Shown here: piece by piece, positions 12,950 through 25,730 of the stretch
Position numbering within the stretch: position 1 is the first letter of the stretch
Layout: each line of letters starts with the position of its first letter
Assembly: GCF_001194135.2 (NCBI RefSeq)
Contig: NC_068982.1
Location: 156,132,049 to 156,196,048 of the forward strand
Length of the DNA: 64,000 bases
Reading direction: 5' to 3'
From: Octopus bimaculoides
Taxonomy: Eukaryota
The notes under the pieces: model-generated
Databases searched by the model: none
Seen by the model: only the letters and a program-made list of their open reading frames with translations
Told to the model about the DNA's origin: nothing
Made by a program: the position numbers and the translations under genes

Positions 12950-13490
12950 ATTATCAGTCGGTCATTGTCGACGATGACCAAGGACATCTAATGGGCACGA
13001 TGTATCCGTTTGTGGCCGATCAGTCCGATGCATGCTCGGAAGGCTATGTCGCAGGTCGAGCACTGATGGTCTGTTGGGAATGAAGGCAAGGAGATGGCTC
13101 TGAACTTACGATATTTACGTTTTCCTTCTGCCTCTGCAATCCTGTTCTGTTCGTAGAAGGTGACATCTCTGTTGGTGCAGATTCGTCAGGCAGGTCAATC
13201 TTGCGATTAAGTTTCCCAAGTGTCGGGGTTGATCTCAAAGCTCTTCAGTCAGGCTTTGAGTATATCGTTGAAGCGTTTTTTCTTTCCACTTTGCGTGCGC
13301 TAGCCTTCCACCATTTTGTTGTAAAATAAGGAATGGCGTGTCAGGTATTCGAACAAAGTAGCCTGCCCACCTGGCCAGCACTCTCCTCAGCCGTGTGTAA
13401 TTGCTAGTCAGATCAGCTCGAAACAGAAACTCCGTGTCAGGGATCATGTCTTTCCAGGTAATTTTAAACAGCTTTGTTAGGAAGTTTATG
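12950..13490 (-). mobile_element. RTE-clade LINE 3' fragment (C-terminus and 3' UTR)
   Basis: Minus-strand KITWKDMIPDTEFL..RWAGYFVRIPD.. and terminal HQCSTCDIAFRACIGLIGHKRIH (C2H2-like). The 3' UTR near-palindrome ggtcattgtcgacgatgacc lies at 12960-12979. Confidence 0.88.
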
Positions 13491-13654
13491 TAGGAAGTTA
13501 TTTTATTGAGGTTTAGGAAATACTTTAAATTTTCCCTTTATAATGGCTATTAAAGAATATGCAATATTTCAGACAACCAAGTAGTTAATGTTGCTAGCTG
13601 TAGTTTTCTATTTTGCAATAAATCTGAATGAATATAGATATCTTAAAACAGAAA

Positions 13655-13742
<88 letters not shown>
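13655..13742 (+). repeat. (GA)n microsatellite
   Basis: Directly visible. Confidence 0.98.
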
Positions 13743-13746
<4 letters not shown>

Positions 13747-13805
13747 GAAGAAAGTGTACATTTGAAAGAACCTGCTGTCTTTATTAGGCAACATTTCTTG
13801 CGCTT

Positions 13806-14310
13806 AAGGCGGCGAGTTGGCCGAATCGCTAGCACGCCGGGTGAAATGCTTAGCGGTATTTCGTCTATCACTATGTTCTGAGTTCAAATTTCGACGAGTT
13901 CGACTTTGTCTTCCGTCCTTTCAGGGTCGATTAAATTAGTACTAGTCACGTACTAGGGTCGATTAAATAAGTGCCAGTCACGCACTGGGGTCGATATAAT
14001 CAACTTACTGGGGTCGATATAATCAACTTACCTCCCCCAAAATTTAAGGCCTTGTGTCTATAATAGAAAGGATTATTATTGTTATGGTGAGCTGGCAGTA
14101 ACATTTGCTCGTCGGACAAAATGTTTAGCAGCATTTCTTCCAGGTTTACTTTCTGTGTTCAAATTCCGCCGAGGTCAATTATTGTCTTACACCCTTTCGG
14201 GGTTGATAGAATTAGTACCAGTTGATCGCAGCAGTCAACGTAATCGACTAGCACCCACCAACCTCATAAAATTTCAGGCCTTGTGCCTATAGTTGAAAAA
14301 ATTATACCAT
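13806..14310 (+). mobile_element. Two head-to-tail SINE family C copies (13806-14075, 14080-14310), tail type C1
   Basis: A-box tggc.gaatcg.tagc, B-box gagttcaaatt, gggtcgat motifs, tail ggccttgtg.ctata.tagaaa followed by (ATT)n. Confidence 0.88.
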
Positions 14311-14759
14311 TATTATTGGACTGTTCACCGCGCATTTCTACCATACCCTATACGAAACAAAGAAATGATTTGTTATATTATATCTTTGTTGTGTATTTTG
14401 TCTCGGAAGAGGTGTAGTTTTTTTTCTTTTTTTGCTTTTTCGATTCTTTAGTGGTTGGCAACTCTTTAAAACTATATTTACTTTCAAAGTAGCTTCTTGT
14501 GAAAGCAATTACAAGAAAAAAATTAGAAAGAGGAAAGTGTGAGTCAAATAGAGAAAGTAGAGGATAAATATTTAGCATGTTATACATTCATTCATCCATC
14601 TTCACCGCCCACTATTCCAAGGAAGGTCGTTGAGAGTAGAGCTCTGAGGTACTTCATTCATAGGGTCCTATCAGAAAAATAAAGACATCATTAAACTTTC
14701 CAGTTGGATTGCCAAGCGTGACCAACTGAGACTATAAGCATTATTCAACCATCTCGTTC

Positions 14760-15000
14760 TTAGTCTACCCCCTTGGTATCTCACCGGTTGGCTCGGTTTG
14801 AAGAATCCATCTTGCGTTTCTTTCCTGCGACATTCTAATCACACGTTCGTTATACGGGACTTGTAACCTCTCAGTGCGAAGAAGAAGCGGTGTGATCTGG
14901 ACAAACTCCCTGATCTCCGAGCTACGCACTCTGTCGAGTAACGTCATTCCAGAGATCATTCGGAGAATCCCATTTCAACTGCTTGTATTCGCAATCGTAC
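14760..15000 (-). mobile_element. RTE/Rex3-like LINE C-terminal fragment
   Basis: GMTLLDRVRSSEIREFVQITPLLLRTERLQ..RMSQER...PTGEIPRG resembles the RTE/Rex3 DRVRSS.IRE.L.VEPLLLRIERSQLRW..RM..PTG.RPRG motif. Confidence 0.8.
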
Positions 15001-15898
15001 TCCTTCAATTCGGACAGGCACGAAAATCGAAATTGAAGAGAGCTTTATTTTACTAACGTCATTCCTGGCTATGGTACAAAATTCTAGATCTTATTTCAGC
15101 GATTGATATTTATTTTATCGATCTTCAAAGAATGCAATGTACGCTAGATTTGAACAGGCTTGACCTTCAAACAGAAATGGATTTAACGAAGCACTACAAG
15201 ATATTTTGTCTGAAGCTTTATCGATTTTCTATAATTTAATTATAAAAATCACCAGTCAAATAAAAGTTTTGTACTACAGCAGTAAATGATACACAAATGG
15301 TTATATCAGTGAATAAAAGGTATATAAAACATTAAATGACGGAAAAAAGTTCTTTTGTGTTTACCTATTTGGTATTGTGTTAAAAATAAGAGAATAAATT
15401 TTCTTCGTATAAAAGATAATTATTTAAACCTACAAATATGTTTATTTCAATCTTCATTACCTACGAGAATATTTTTCATGTATTTATGCATCAATATCAC
15501 ACACTAGACTATTTCTTGATTTATGTGTCAATACTATAACATAACTATTCATTGTTAATACGTTCTGACAGATTTGAAAGTGAACATTTTGGTTGCTATT
15601 GTTTTTCGTCATCGGAAAACACTATTTCCCTTTAGCCGATGTGTGTTCATAGTACATGCGATTCGCCGGTATATGGGAACTGGGTGCTTCGACCTTGTTG
15701 TTTGTCTCCTCAGTCAAAGCTGAATTCGTGCTCTTGTTAAATTCATGGTCTGGCCGAATGACGAACATCTATGTTTGTTTACGTGAAATATTGCACCAGA
15801 TGTGATATGCAAGGTAAAATACTATCGGCATTATATTGCCTGCGACGAAGAAAAAAAAAACGAAAAAGATATGTAGTTTAATTTAATGCACCATGTAA

Positions 15899-16216
15899 AA
15901 GCGCGTGGCTCAGTGGCCAGAGTATTCGGCCCATAATCGTAAGGTCATGAGTTTGATTCCTAGCAGCGTGTTGTGTCCTTGAGCACGACACTTTATTTCG
16001 CATTATCCCAGTCCACTCAACTGGCAAGAATGAGTATACCTGTATTTTTAGGGGCCAACTTTTCCAAATTGTGTCACGCTGAATCTTTCAGAGAACTACG
16101 TTAAAGGGTACACGTGTCTGCGGAATGCTCAGCCACATGCACGTTAATATCACGAGCAGGTTGTTCCGTTGATCGGATCTACTGGAACACTCGCCGTCGT
16201 AACCGACAGAGTGCCA
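15899..16216 (+). mobile_element. SINE family B1 (tRNA head, CORE-like ttgtgtccttgagca.gacactttatt, shared 3' half)
   Basis: Colinear with 17605-17922 (-) and 62216-62442 (+). Confidence 0.9.
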
Positions 16217-16791
16217 TTTCTTTTTTTGATGTATCATAATCACGTATGTAAACTGAAATAAGTTAAGTTACTCGAATGCACGGATTCATCCCCGCCCCTA
16301 TTGGTGACACTCATCAAACATTACTTTATCAGCGTTCAGTGACATTATTGTTATTATTCAGATAGTGGAGAGTAAAGTGTGGATGATAAATTCAATTATA
16401 TAGAAACATATAATAAAACACCCAGAATGTTCCATACTTTAATATTCATCAAGGAGACAAAAGTGGAAGCGTCATTCTAATTAGATATAAAGACGTTTTT
16501 ACCTGAAATTGTCAGAAATTATCTGAATTTCTTCTATAACTACAGATGATGTCTTATCACCATACACACAAACGCACACAGAAAGAGAGAGACAAACAAT
16601 CAGAGGTAGAGACTAAAAGACGCGCGCGCGCACACACACATACACATACACATATACATACACATGCACATAGATATATTTAGACCTCTATATTTTATGG
16701 CAGCGTCTTGTAAATCAAGGAACGTAACTGTTGGCTGAGCAGATTTTGTTTACATTTAGTTAAAATGATTTCAGCTGACACAAGAGATGTA

Positions 16792-17010
16792 ATGTCAATT
16801 ATTTAAGTGTTCAATTTGCAACTTCAAGTGGATCGACAGGTTTCAAATTAAAGTTAGCAAAGAGATTACGCACACACACACACACACACGCACACACACA
16901 CACGCATACACATGTACATATAACTTTCTATACTAACTTTAATTTGAAACCTGTCAATCCATTTGAAGTCACATAATGAACGTAAATAAATGCCATTTAA
17001 ATAATTGACA
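16792..17010. mobile_element. Foldback/MITE-like element with long imperfect TIRs around a (CA)n spacer
   Basis: 16821-16857 is the reverse complement of 16933-16969 (35/37); outer gtcaattatttaa pairs with ttaaataattgac. Confidence 0.7.
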
Positions 17011-17057
17011 ATTGAATATATTTAGAGGATAGAGTGCATAATCTCTTTGTTTTTCAG

Positions 17058-17102
<45 letters not shown>

Positions 17103-17604
17103 TATATATACATAGATGTGTGTATGTAAAGAGAGAGAGAGAGGAGAGAGAAAGAGAGAGAGGGGAGGGAGAGAAAGATAGAGAAATATAGCATAGAGGG
17201 ACGACAAAGAATTTTACAGGAAAGACGTAAGCTCAGCTTTGACAGATGTCGACACACCCAATTCCTTCATCAGTTATCGACAGGATATCAAAATTTCCAT
17301 ACATTCTCCTAAGCACTGTCATCTTCTAGAATTGCTACCCTGGCCACGCTTTCTCTGCAAAAGTTGTTTTGCAGATATCCAAACTAAACATGCAACACGT
17401 CATCCTCATCAGTTATGTAGAACTTGTAAAGCTCATTGAGAGAAGTACATGGTCGTAAATTCTTTCCTCTATTATAAAACCACAATAAAAAAGGGAGATA
17501 AACTACAAGGTAGTCGATAATCAGGATGCGATTCAATTATTTGATTTTTAAAACATTTTAGTGCCCTCCATAAATAGTGAATACATGCATTCAAAGAAAA
17601 AGCT

Positions 17605-17922
17605 GGTACTTTGTCAGTTATGACAATGAGTATTCTAGTTGATCCGATCGATGGAACAGCCTGTTCGTGAAATTAACGTGAATGTGGCTGAGCACTCCAC
17701 AGACACGTGTACCCTTAACGTAATTCTGAGGGAGATTCAGCGTGACAGATTGTAACAAGGCTTGCTCTTAGAAATGTAAGTACTACTCATTTTTGCTAGC
17801 TGAGTTGACTGCTGCAACGTGAAATAAAGTGTCTTGCTCAAGGACACAACGCGTCGCCGGAAATTGAACTCACGACCTTACGATCATGAACCGAATACCC
17901 TAATCTCTAAGCCACGCGCCTT
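17605..17922 (-). mobile_element. SINE family B1, near full length
   Basis: Reverse complement matches 15899-16216, including A/B boxes. Confidence 0.9.
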
Positions 17923-18033
17923 TATGCAGTCAATAATCCTCCATTCGTTCGAGAGGAAGAATTGAGTATTTGAAGTTAGTAAGACCTCGATTTGAAGGTA
18001 TTTGTCTTTCATCATTGTAAATTCTATGCAATA

Positions 18034-18398
18034 GGCGTAGGAGTGGCTGTGTGGTAAGTAGCTTGCTTACGAACCTCATGGTTCTGGGTTCAGTCCTTGG
18101 GCAAGTGTCTTCTACTATAGCCTCGGGCCAACCAAAGCCTTGTGAGTGGATCTGGTAGACGGAAACTGAAAGAAGCCCGTCGTATATATGTATATATGTA
18201 TATGTATGTGTGTATATGTTTGTGTGTCTGTGTTTGTCCCTCCAACATCGCTTGACAACCGATGCTTGGCGGTTCGGCAAAAGAGATCCGATAGAATAAA
18301 TACTAGGCTTACAAAGAATAAATCCTGGGGTCGATTTGCTCGACTAAAGGCGGTGCTCCAGCATGGCCACAGTCAAATGACTGAAACAAGTAAAAGAG
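18034..18398 (+). mobile_element. SINE family A, near full length with small deletions
   Basis: aggcgtaggagtggctgtgtggtaag head; ccttgggcaagtgtcttctactatagcctc CORE-like segment; tail ggcggtgctccagcatggccacagtcaaatgactgaaac. Confidence 0.9.
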
Positions 18399-18947
18399 TA
18401 ATAGATCCTAACCAAATGTTATGATCGATTATACGGAAATCAGGGAGGAATGTTTGTCTTTCATAATGTGAAAAATATAAATAATACATATCAATAAAAA
18501 ATGTGGGTGATTATACACCTGCCGCATATTTCTGCAGTCTGTAGAGCCTTGTGCCTAGAGTAGACAAGAATTAACTGCAGTCTCTGGGATGTCAGTAATG
18601 ATGGCTCACGTGTTTTACTAAACTTTATGATAATTACAATATTTTGGCTTGTACGTATGAATATTTGATTTTACCAATAGGAGTTACTGTTAAAACTTGT
18701 AGATGATGAAAGTTGCTAATGAGAGTATGAGGATGTAAATAAAATACCAAAATAACAGGAAAAATTATAAAATTATAGTTATCACTCTCCAAATATACAG
18801 GATTGCTTACTTTTAATATGTACAATATGCCGTAGGTAGTAATTCACTTAGTTATTGTACATTATGTTATTTTTCTACAATAAATGGTCTACTTACAGTC
18901 ACAAATGTTGTACATGTATATGCCTTCATAACTACCAATATATATAT

Positions 18948-18979
<32 letters not shown>

Positions 18980-19978
18980 NNNNNNNNNNNNNNNNNNNNN
19001 NNNNNNNNNNNNNNNNNNNNNNNNNNNNNNNNNNNNNNNNNNNNNNNNNNNNNNNNNNNNNNNNNNNNNNNNNNNNNNNNNNNNNNNNNNNNNNNNNNNN
19101 NNNNNNNNNNNNNNNNNNNNNNNNNNNNNNNNNNNNNNNNNNNNNNNNNNNNNNNNNNNNNNNNNNNNNNNNNNNNNNNNNNNNNNNNNNNNNNNNNNNN
19201 NNNNNNNNNNNNNNNNNNNNNNNNNNNNNNNNNNNNNNNNNNNNNNNNNNNNNNNNNNNNNNNNNNNNNNNNNNNNNNNNNNNNNNNNNNNNNNNNNNNN
19301 NNNNNNNNNNNNNNNNNNNNNNNNNNNNNNNNNNNNNNNNNNNNNNNNNNNNNNNNNNNNNNNNNNNNNNNNNNNNNNNNNNNNNNNNNNNNNNNNNNNN
19401 NNNNNNNNNNNNNNNNNNNNNNNNNNNNNNNNNNNNNNNNNNNNNNNNNNNNNNNNNNNNNNNNNNNNNNNNNNNNNNNNNNNNNNNNNNNNNNNNNNNN
19501 NNNNNNNNNNNNNNNNNNNNNNNNNNNNNNNNNNNNNNNNNNNNNNNNNNNNNNNNNNNNNNNNNNNNNNNNNNNNNNNNNNNNNNNNNNNNNNNNNNNN
19601 NNNNNNNNNNNNNNNNNNNNNNNNNNNNNNNNNNNNNNNNNNNNNNNNNNNNNNNNNNNNNNNNNNNNNNNNNNNNNNNNNNNNNNNNNNNNNNNNNNNN
19701 NNNNNNNNNNNNNNNNNNNNNNNNNNNNNNNNNNNNNNNNNNNNNNNNNNNNNNNNNNNNNNNNNNNNNNNNNNNNNNNNNNNNNNNNNNNNNNNNNNNN
19801 NNNNNNNNNNNNNNNNNNNNNNNNNNNNNNNNNNNNNNNNNNNNNNNNNNNNNNNNNNNNNNNNNNNNNNNNNNNNNNNNNNNNNNNNNNNNNNNNNNNN
19901 NNNNNNNNNNNNNNNNNNNNNNNNNNNNNNNNNNNNNNNNNNNNNNNNNNNNNNNNNNNNNNNNNNNNNNNNNNNNNN

Positions 19979-20017
<39 letters not shown>

Positions 20018-20350
20018 TGGTTATAGAAATTGTTGATGTTGTTTAACCCCGAACCAACCCTGCTCAAGCAGACACATGAGCAAAACCATATCTAACCAGC
20101 CTGTTTTTATCTCCACGACTATATTGTTTTAAGTGTATTTCGCTTTATTTAAGACTGGACGGTAGAAATTGAAGGAGATTTGGCTGTTATTTCTCGCAGA
20201 GTGAATGATCGCGTAAAGCCTTCCATGTACTCTGGACTAGTCTGAGACAAAATGTTTGGGCATATTTAGGTACGCTCCTTTTCCATTCCAAGTTCCAATC
20301 TCACTTAGGTTGTTTTTTTTTGCTTTATTCTTCTGTACCGGGCAAATGTA

Positions 20351-20708
20351 GAGGCGCAATGGCCCAGTGGTTAGGGCAGCAAACTCGTGGTCATAGAATA
20401 ACGGTTTCGATTCCCAGACCGGGCATTGTGAGTGTTTATTGAGCGAAAACACCTAAAGCTCCACAAGGCTCCGGCAGGGGATGGTGGCGAACCCTGCTGT
20501 ACTCTTTCACCACAACTTTCTCTCACTCTTACTTCCTGTTTCTGTTGTGCCTATAATTCAAAGGGTCAGCCTTGTCACACTGTGTCACGCTGAATATCCC
20601 CGAGAACTACGTTAAGGGTACACGTGTCTGTGGAGTACTCAGCCACTTGCACGTTAATTTCACGTGCAGGCTGTTCCGTTAATCGGATCAACTGGAACCC
20701 ACGATGCC
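20351..20708 (+). mobile_element. SINE family B2 (different 5' half, same 3' half as B1)
   Basis: Highly similar to 59662-60050. Confidence 0.9.
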
Positions 20709-21385
20709 TGTTACCAGGCAAATATTGGGGACATTGTAATGGAATATTCCGCTCCTCCAAATGTCTAGCATTGTGTTTACATAAAAAAGTACTTGTCCAA
20801 TAACAACTGTTAATGAAGTGACAGAATTGATAGAACTACTGATAAAATGTCTTGCGATTTTTAAGCATTTTGCCTGGCGTGTTAACGATTCTGCCAGCTG
20901 GTCTCCTTAGAGTATCTGATTATATTTGTAAGAAGGTTATAAAGGTGAGTATCTAAGCGGGAAATTTTCATATCAGATTGATAGCCTACGGAGATTTTTT
21001 TGCGACATATGGGACATATAGATTACCTTTGTTTTACTGCTTCAATATTAAAACAATAATTTTGTTGTACCTACAGGAAACAACTGTGACTATGGGCTGC
21101 GTAGGCCATGAAGAACGCTGAGATCGATTTGGATGGTGTTCCTTTCAAACAACTGCAAGATAAGGACCTCTGGAAAACATGGACAGGGAACGTATTTTAA
21201 AGGATTTAAATAAAGTAACAATGGAAGAACTGGGAAAGTGGTTAATGGAGGGCCCAGAGGATGGAGAAATATAAATGACAATAAGAGTATAGACAAGTAA
21301 GTGGGATAGGACGGAGTGGAGTTGACATGAGATCAGCCAGTTCCGAGAAGCAGTAACAAGTGAAGTAGCGGGTAAAGAAGTAGTG

Positions 21386-21600
21386 TTATTTCTTTACTAC
21401 CTACAAGGGGCTACACGCAGAGGGGGCAAACAAGGACAGACAAACGGAATAAGTCGATTATATCGACTCCGGTGCGTAACTGGTACTTATTTAATCGACC
21501 CCGAAAGGATGAAAGGCAAAGTCGACCTCGGCGGAATTTGAACTCAGAACGTAGCGGCAGACGAAATACCGCTAAGCATTTCGCCCGGCGTGCTAACGTT
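21386..21600 (-). mobile_element. 5'-truncated SINE family C, tail type C2, with a 13-bp TSD (TAAAGAAGTAGTG at 21373-21385 and 21609-21621)
   Basis: Reverse complement matches 31274-31500; TSD directly visible. Confidence 0.92.
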
Positions 21601-23939
21601 AAAGAAGTTAAAGAAGTAGTGTGGAGAGATATAGACAGTACATCTATAAACCAGAGTGGAGTCTGATAGATTAAAAGAGAGGCCTAGTAATTTGATGTTC
21701 AAACCTATTTATGAGAAGAAGTGTTTCTTGGGAGATTGGTCAGATATTGTGGCTGATTGTTAAAAAAAAATACATATAATTAACTTGTTTCTAGTCAATC
21801 TTGTGTAAGCCATTCAAAGTAAAATAAGTCAATAAAAAGAGTTGTTTCATGGGAAGGTGAGAAGGAAGAAATACTGTGAAATAAAAACATGGCTGTGTAA
21901 TATATGAGCATGACAAGCATGACAAGAAATAAATGAAAAACTACTATTCCTGGAATACAAACACAGTAATTTATATACAAATATTATTGCATATTTTTCT
22001 GAGTTCAAGCATTTGTCGCTAAGAGACTCCATTGACGAGAAAAATGGTCAGCAAGAAAAATATATCAGAAACTGAGAAGTAAGTAAATAAAAATAATATA
22101 AGTAATAATAGATAGCAATCATTGTTCTCACTTTTCCTGTCCCTTTGGAAAGCTAGTGATGACAAAAGTTAGATAGCCATCTATTTTCCTTGTGCGTATG
22201 TGTATATGTGTGCGTGGAAATGTCTGTGTGTAGCATGTGTGAACGTGTGGTCGGTATCAAGGTAGATGTTAAGAACAAATTACTGAAGATGGTAAATAAT
22301 TCACTGAAAACATATATTAAGGTAGACATGCACAAAATATATACAATCTTCTGGGATTTACCAACGTGTAAATACATTTATCTAGAAGACCGTAAGCATC
22401 AAACTGTTCTCTGACCGTGCATTACATTCTATCAGTTCAGTTACACATGTGCGAACTTTCAATTTACAGCTTCCAATTCTGATAGAGCGTAAGTTGTTTT
22501 GGTGTTATGCATGTTCAATCAAAGCCTCAATCCAACATTTGCTGTACCGCAGACGACCTACGTAATCTATCTTATCGTTTTTTTTTACCTTTTCTCCTAC
22601 ACTCTTTTTCACGTCTAATTTAATTTTTGGTACAATACTATGTACACATATGAAAAAGTGTCAAATTTCGACGGCAGAAACAATTTACATAGAATGTTCT
22701 GTAACCTTGATTATCCATTACTCAATTTAAAACTTACTGATATTAGCGACACAAAAGTTATAATTTCACTTCTTCAAGAAGGACAGGTATGGAGAAAAAA
22801 AAAAAAGACACAAAATAAGAGATGAAAACAAAAAACCCTAAATAGGCATGAAAATGTAAATAAATAAAAGAGTAAATAAGTTACAAGAGTGTTAGGTAGA
22901 GAAAAGAACATTTACTGTACTTCAATTAATAATAGTAAAATTTGCAATCTTTAACAGTATAAGCAATTGTAAGGTGTAAGGTATTAAATAACAATGTTCA
23001 GGAAGAAAAAGACAAATGACACATTGGTCAGACAAGTTGGCAGCAAACTCCTTTATCTGTGCATGTTTGATGAAAACACTTTGAATACTCATTATATTCT
23101 GTAAAGATCCACCGAACGAACGTGTACAATATAAAAGGGTTTCGAAGTAAATGTAACGTTATATTCAGATGCTAATCGGAAGTCAGCATCTCAGCAGGTG
23201 GGAAGCATAGAGTGCCGACCTCAATGCCATACATTCTTATATTTCATGTTCTCAGTTCGAAATCTGCAGGTTTCTCTTTTTTGTTTTATTTTATGATCAA
23301 TGGGTCTATAATGGAGTAGTAATCTAATTAATCATACATCGAACCCGTTTTAATTATTGTCTGTTTTATTTTAAACTTTGTTTATTTAGTGTGGGGATAA
23401 TTTGAAGGTGTGTTTGCTTACCTTTCTGTGGCTACTGCTACAGCCACTGTAGTTAGCCTTTCTCTTTGCTACATCTAAGGCAGCTATCTTGCAATGCGTG
23501 TAAATATTACAAATGGCCGATTGCCAAAATATAAGAATAGAAATATATAAAGACAAGCGCTTCTTCTACCCTTGGTAATAGAGAATAGTTGCAAACAATG
23601 CGAAATATTTTGTTTGTAAAACAGGAAAAAATAAAAATTAAATCAAACATTTTCCAGAAGATAATTCTATCCCAAAAAATCACATTTCTTCGCACAGTTC
23701 TAACATAGACATCCATTCAGTTAGACATAAATAATTATAAAAATAATTTCTTCTTTAGGCGCAAGGCTAGGAATCTTATATTGTCACCAGTTCTTGACTG
23801 GTATTTTATTTTATGAACCTGGATGAATGAAAAGCAAACCTGAACGATATTTGAACCTAGAACATAGAGAGCCGGAGAAATAATACAATGCATTTTGTTT
23901 AATGCTTCAATGATTTTCCCATTCCATTAGCGTAATGAT

Positions 23940-24440
23940 TCTTTCTACTGTAGGCAGAAAGCTCGAAATTAATGGGGAGGGGATAGTCATTTACATAGAC
24001 TACAGTACTCAACTGGTACTTATTTTGTCGACTCCGAAATGATGAAAGCAAAGTCAACCTCGGTAGTATTTGAACTACGAACGTAAAAGCAAACGAAATG
24101 CCCAAAGCATTTCATCCGGCGTTACTAGCTCTGTCAGCTTGCCGCCTTAATTCACAAGCACAATAACAATTTCTTACATAGGGAGAAGGCCAGAAATTTT
24201 GAGGGAAGAGGTTAATCCTTAACATGGACTTGATTGATATTTTATTAACCACGGAAGCGTAAAAAGTAAAATTGCCCTCGGTATGATTTGAGCACAGAAC
24301 GTAATAACAAGGTCGACTTTGCCTTCCAACCTTCCGAAGTCAATAAAATAAGCACCAGTTTCGCACTGGGGTCGATGTGATCGACTAGTGCCCCTCCCAC
24401 AAAATTTCAGGCCTTGTGCCTATAGTAGAAAGAGTTATTA
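23940..24440. mobile_element. Cluster of SINE C copies (23940-24150 -, 24175-24300 -, 24310-24440 +)
   Basis: Family C motifs (aactggtactta, gtcgactttgcc, ggccttgtgcctatagtagaaa). Confidence 0.75.
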
Positions 24441-25544
24441 GAAGGTGAGTTGTAATAGACTTTTGTTTCTACTTTTCCAGTGAAATTCTTCACTGATATC
24501 GAAAAGGTGAAAACAAGCAATGTTAATTCTCTAAATGAAGTATTAACAGTAACTGCACGATAAAGTGTAGTATATTGCCACTTAAGTGTGGCTGACCCCT
24601 AGGGGTGGATGTTACTGTTGCTTTTAGCCCCAGGAGGACATCTCCTCCAACTGGCTTATCGACACACTACTGTGTCCTGTTTGCCAAGGGAAGTTATCCC
24701 TCCCATCATGATCTGTAGCACGAACGGACCCGGGTTTCAGGGTTATTTCCCTTCGTCGGCGTTCGATAGCCACTGATCTTTGATGAGAGAGACAAAATCT
24801 TGGCAATCTTATATCTACTTTTCCAGTGAAATTCTTCACTGATATCNNNNNNNNNNNNNNNNNNNNNNNNNNNNNNNNNNNNNNNNNNNNNNNNNNNNNN
24901 NNNNNNNNNNNNNNNNNNNNNNNNNNNNNNNNNNNNNNNNNNNNNNNNNNNNNNNNNNNNNNNNNNNNNNNNNNNNNNNNNNNNNNNNNNNNNNNNNNNN
25001 NNNNNNNNNNNNNNNNNNNNNNNNNNNNNNNNNNNNNNNNNNNNNNNNNNNNNNNNNNNNNNNNNNNNNNNNNNNNNNNNNNNNNNNNNNNNNNNNNNNN
25101 NNNNNNNNNNNNNNNNNNNNNNNNNNNNNNNNNNNNNNNNNNNNNNNNNNNNNNNNNNNNNNNNNNNNNNNNNNNNNNNNNNNNNNNNNNNNNNNNNNNN
25201 NNNNNNNNNNNNNNNNNNNNNNNNNNNNNNNNNNNNNNNNNNNNNNNNNNNNNNNNNNNNNNNNNNNNNNNNNNNNNNNNNNNNNNNNNNNNNNNNNNNN
25301 NNNNNNNNNNNNNNNNNNNNNNNNNNNNNNNNNNNNNNNNNNNNNNNNNNNNNNNNNNNNNNNNNNNNNNATATATATATATATAAATACACGCACATGC
25401 TTAAATATTTATACATGTATACGTACGTATATATGTGAATGTATGTACTTACATCCCCAAAATTTCCATCACATTAATCGTTCAAAATATAATTCGCGAC
25501 ATTTTATTTGAGTTACTTTTTAGCACCAAATATTGTGTTCAAAT

Positions 25545-25730
25545 TTTGGTACCAGGCCACCAAGTTCAGATCACGATGTATGTCGATTAAATGGACCCCA
25601 GTTCTCACATGGTACTTATTTTAGCGACACCTCGACAGAATTTGCACTCAGATCGTAAAGACGGACGAAACGCCGCTGAGCATTTTACCCGGCATGCTAA
25701 CGATTCTGCCAGCTCGCCCTCTTTGTCAGC
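25545..25730 (-). mobile_element. SINE C copy
   Basis: Reverse complement of the head (gcatgctaacgattctgccagctcgcc) and body motifs. Confidence 0.75.

Noticed and set aside
15714-15813. Plus-strand segment with good acceptor and donor (also 37535-37622)
   Set aside because: All three frames contain stops. A non-coding exon cannot be supported without RNA data.
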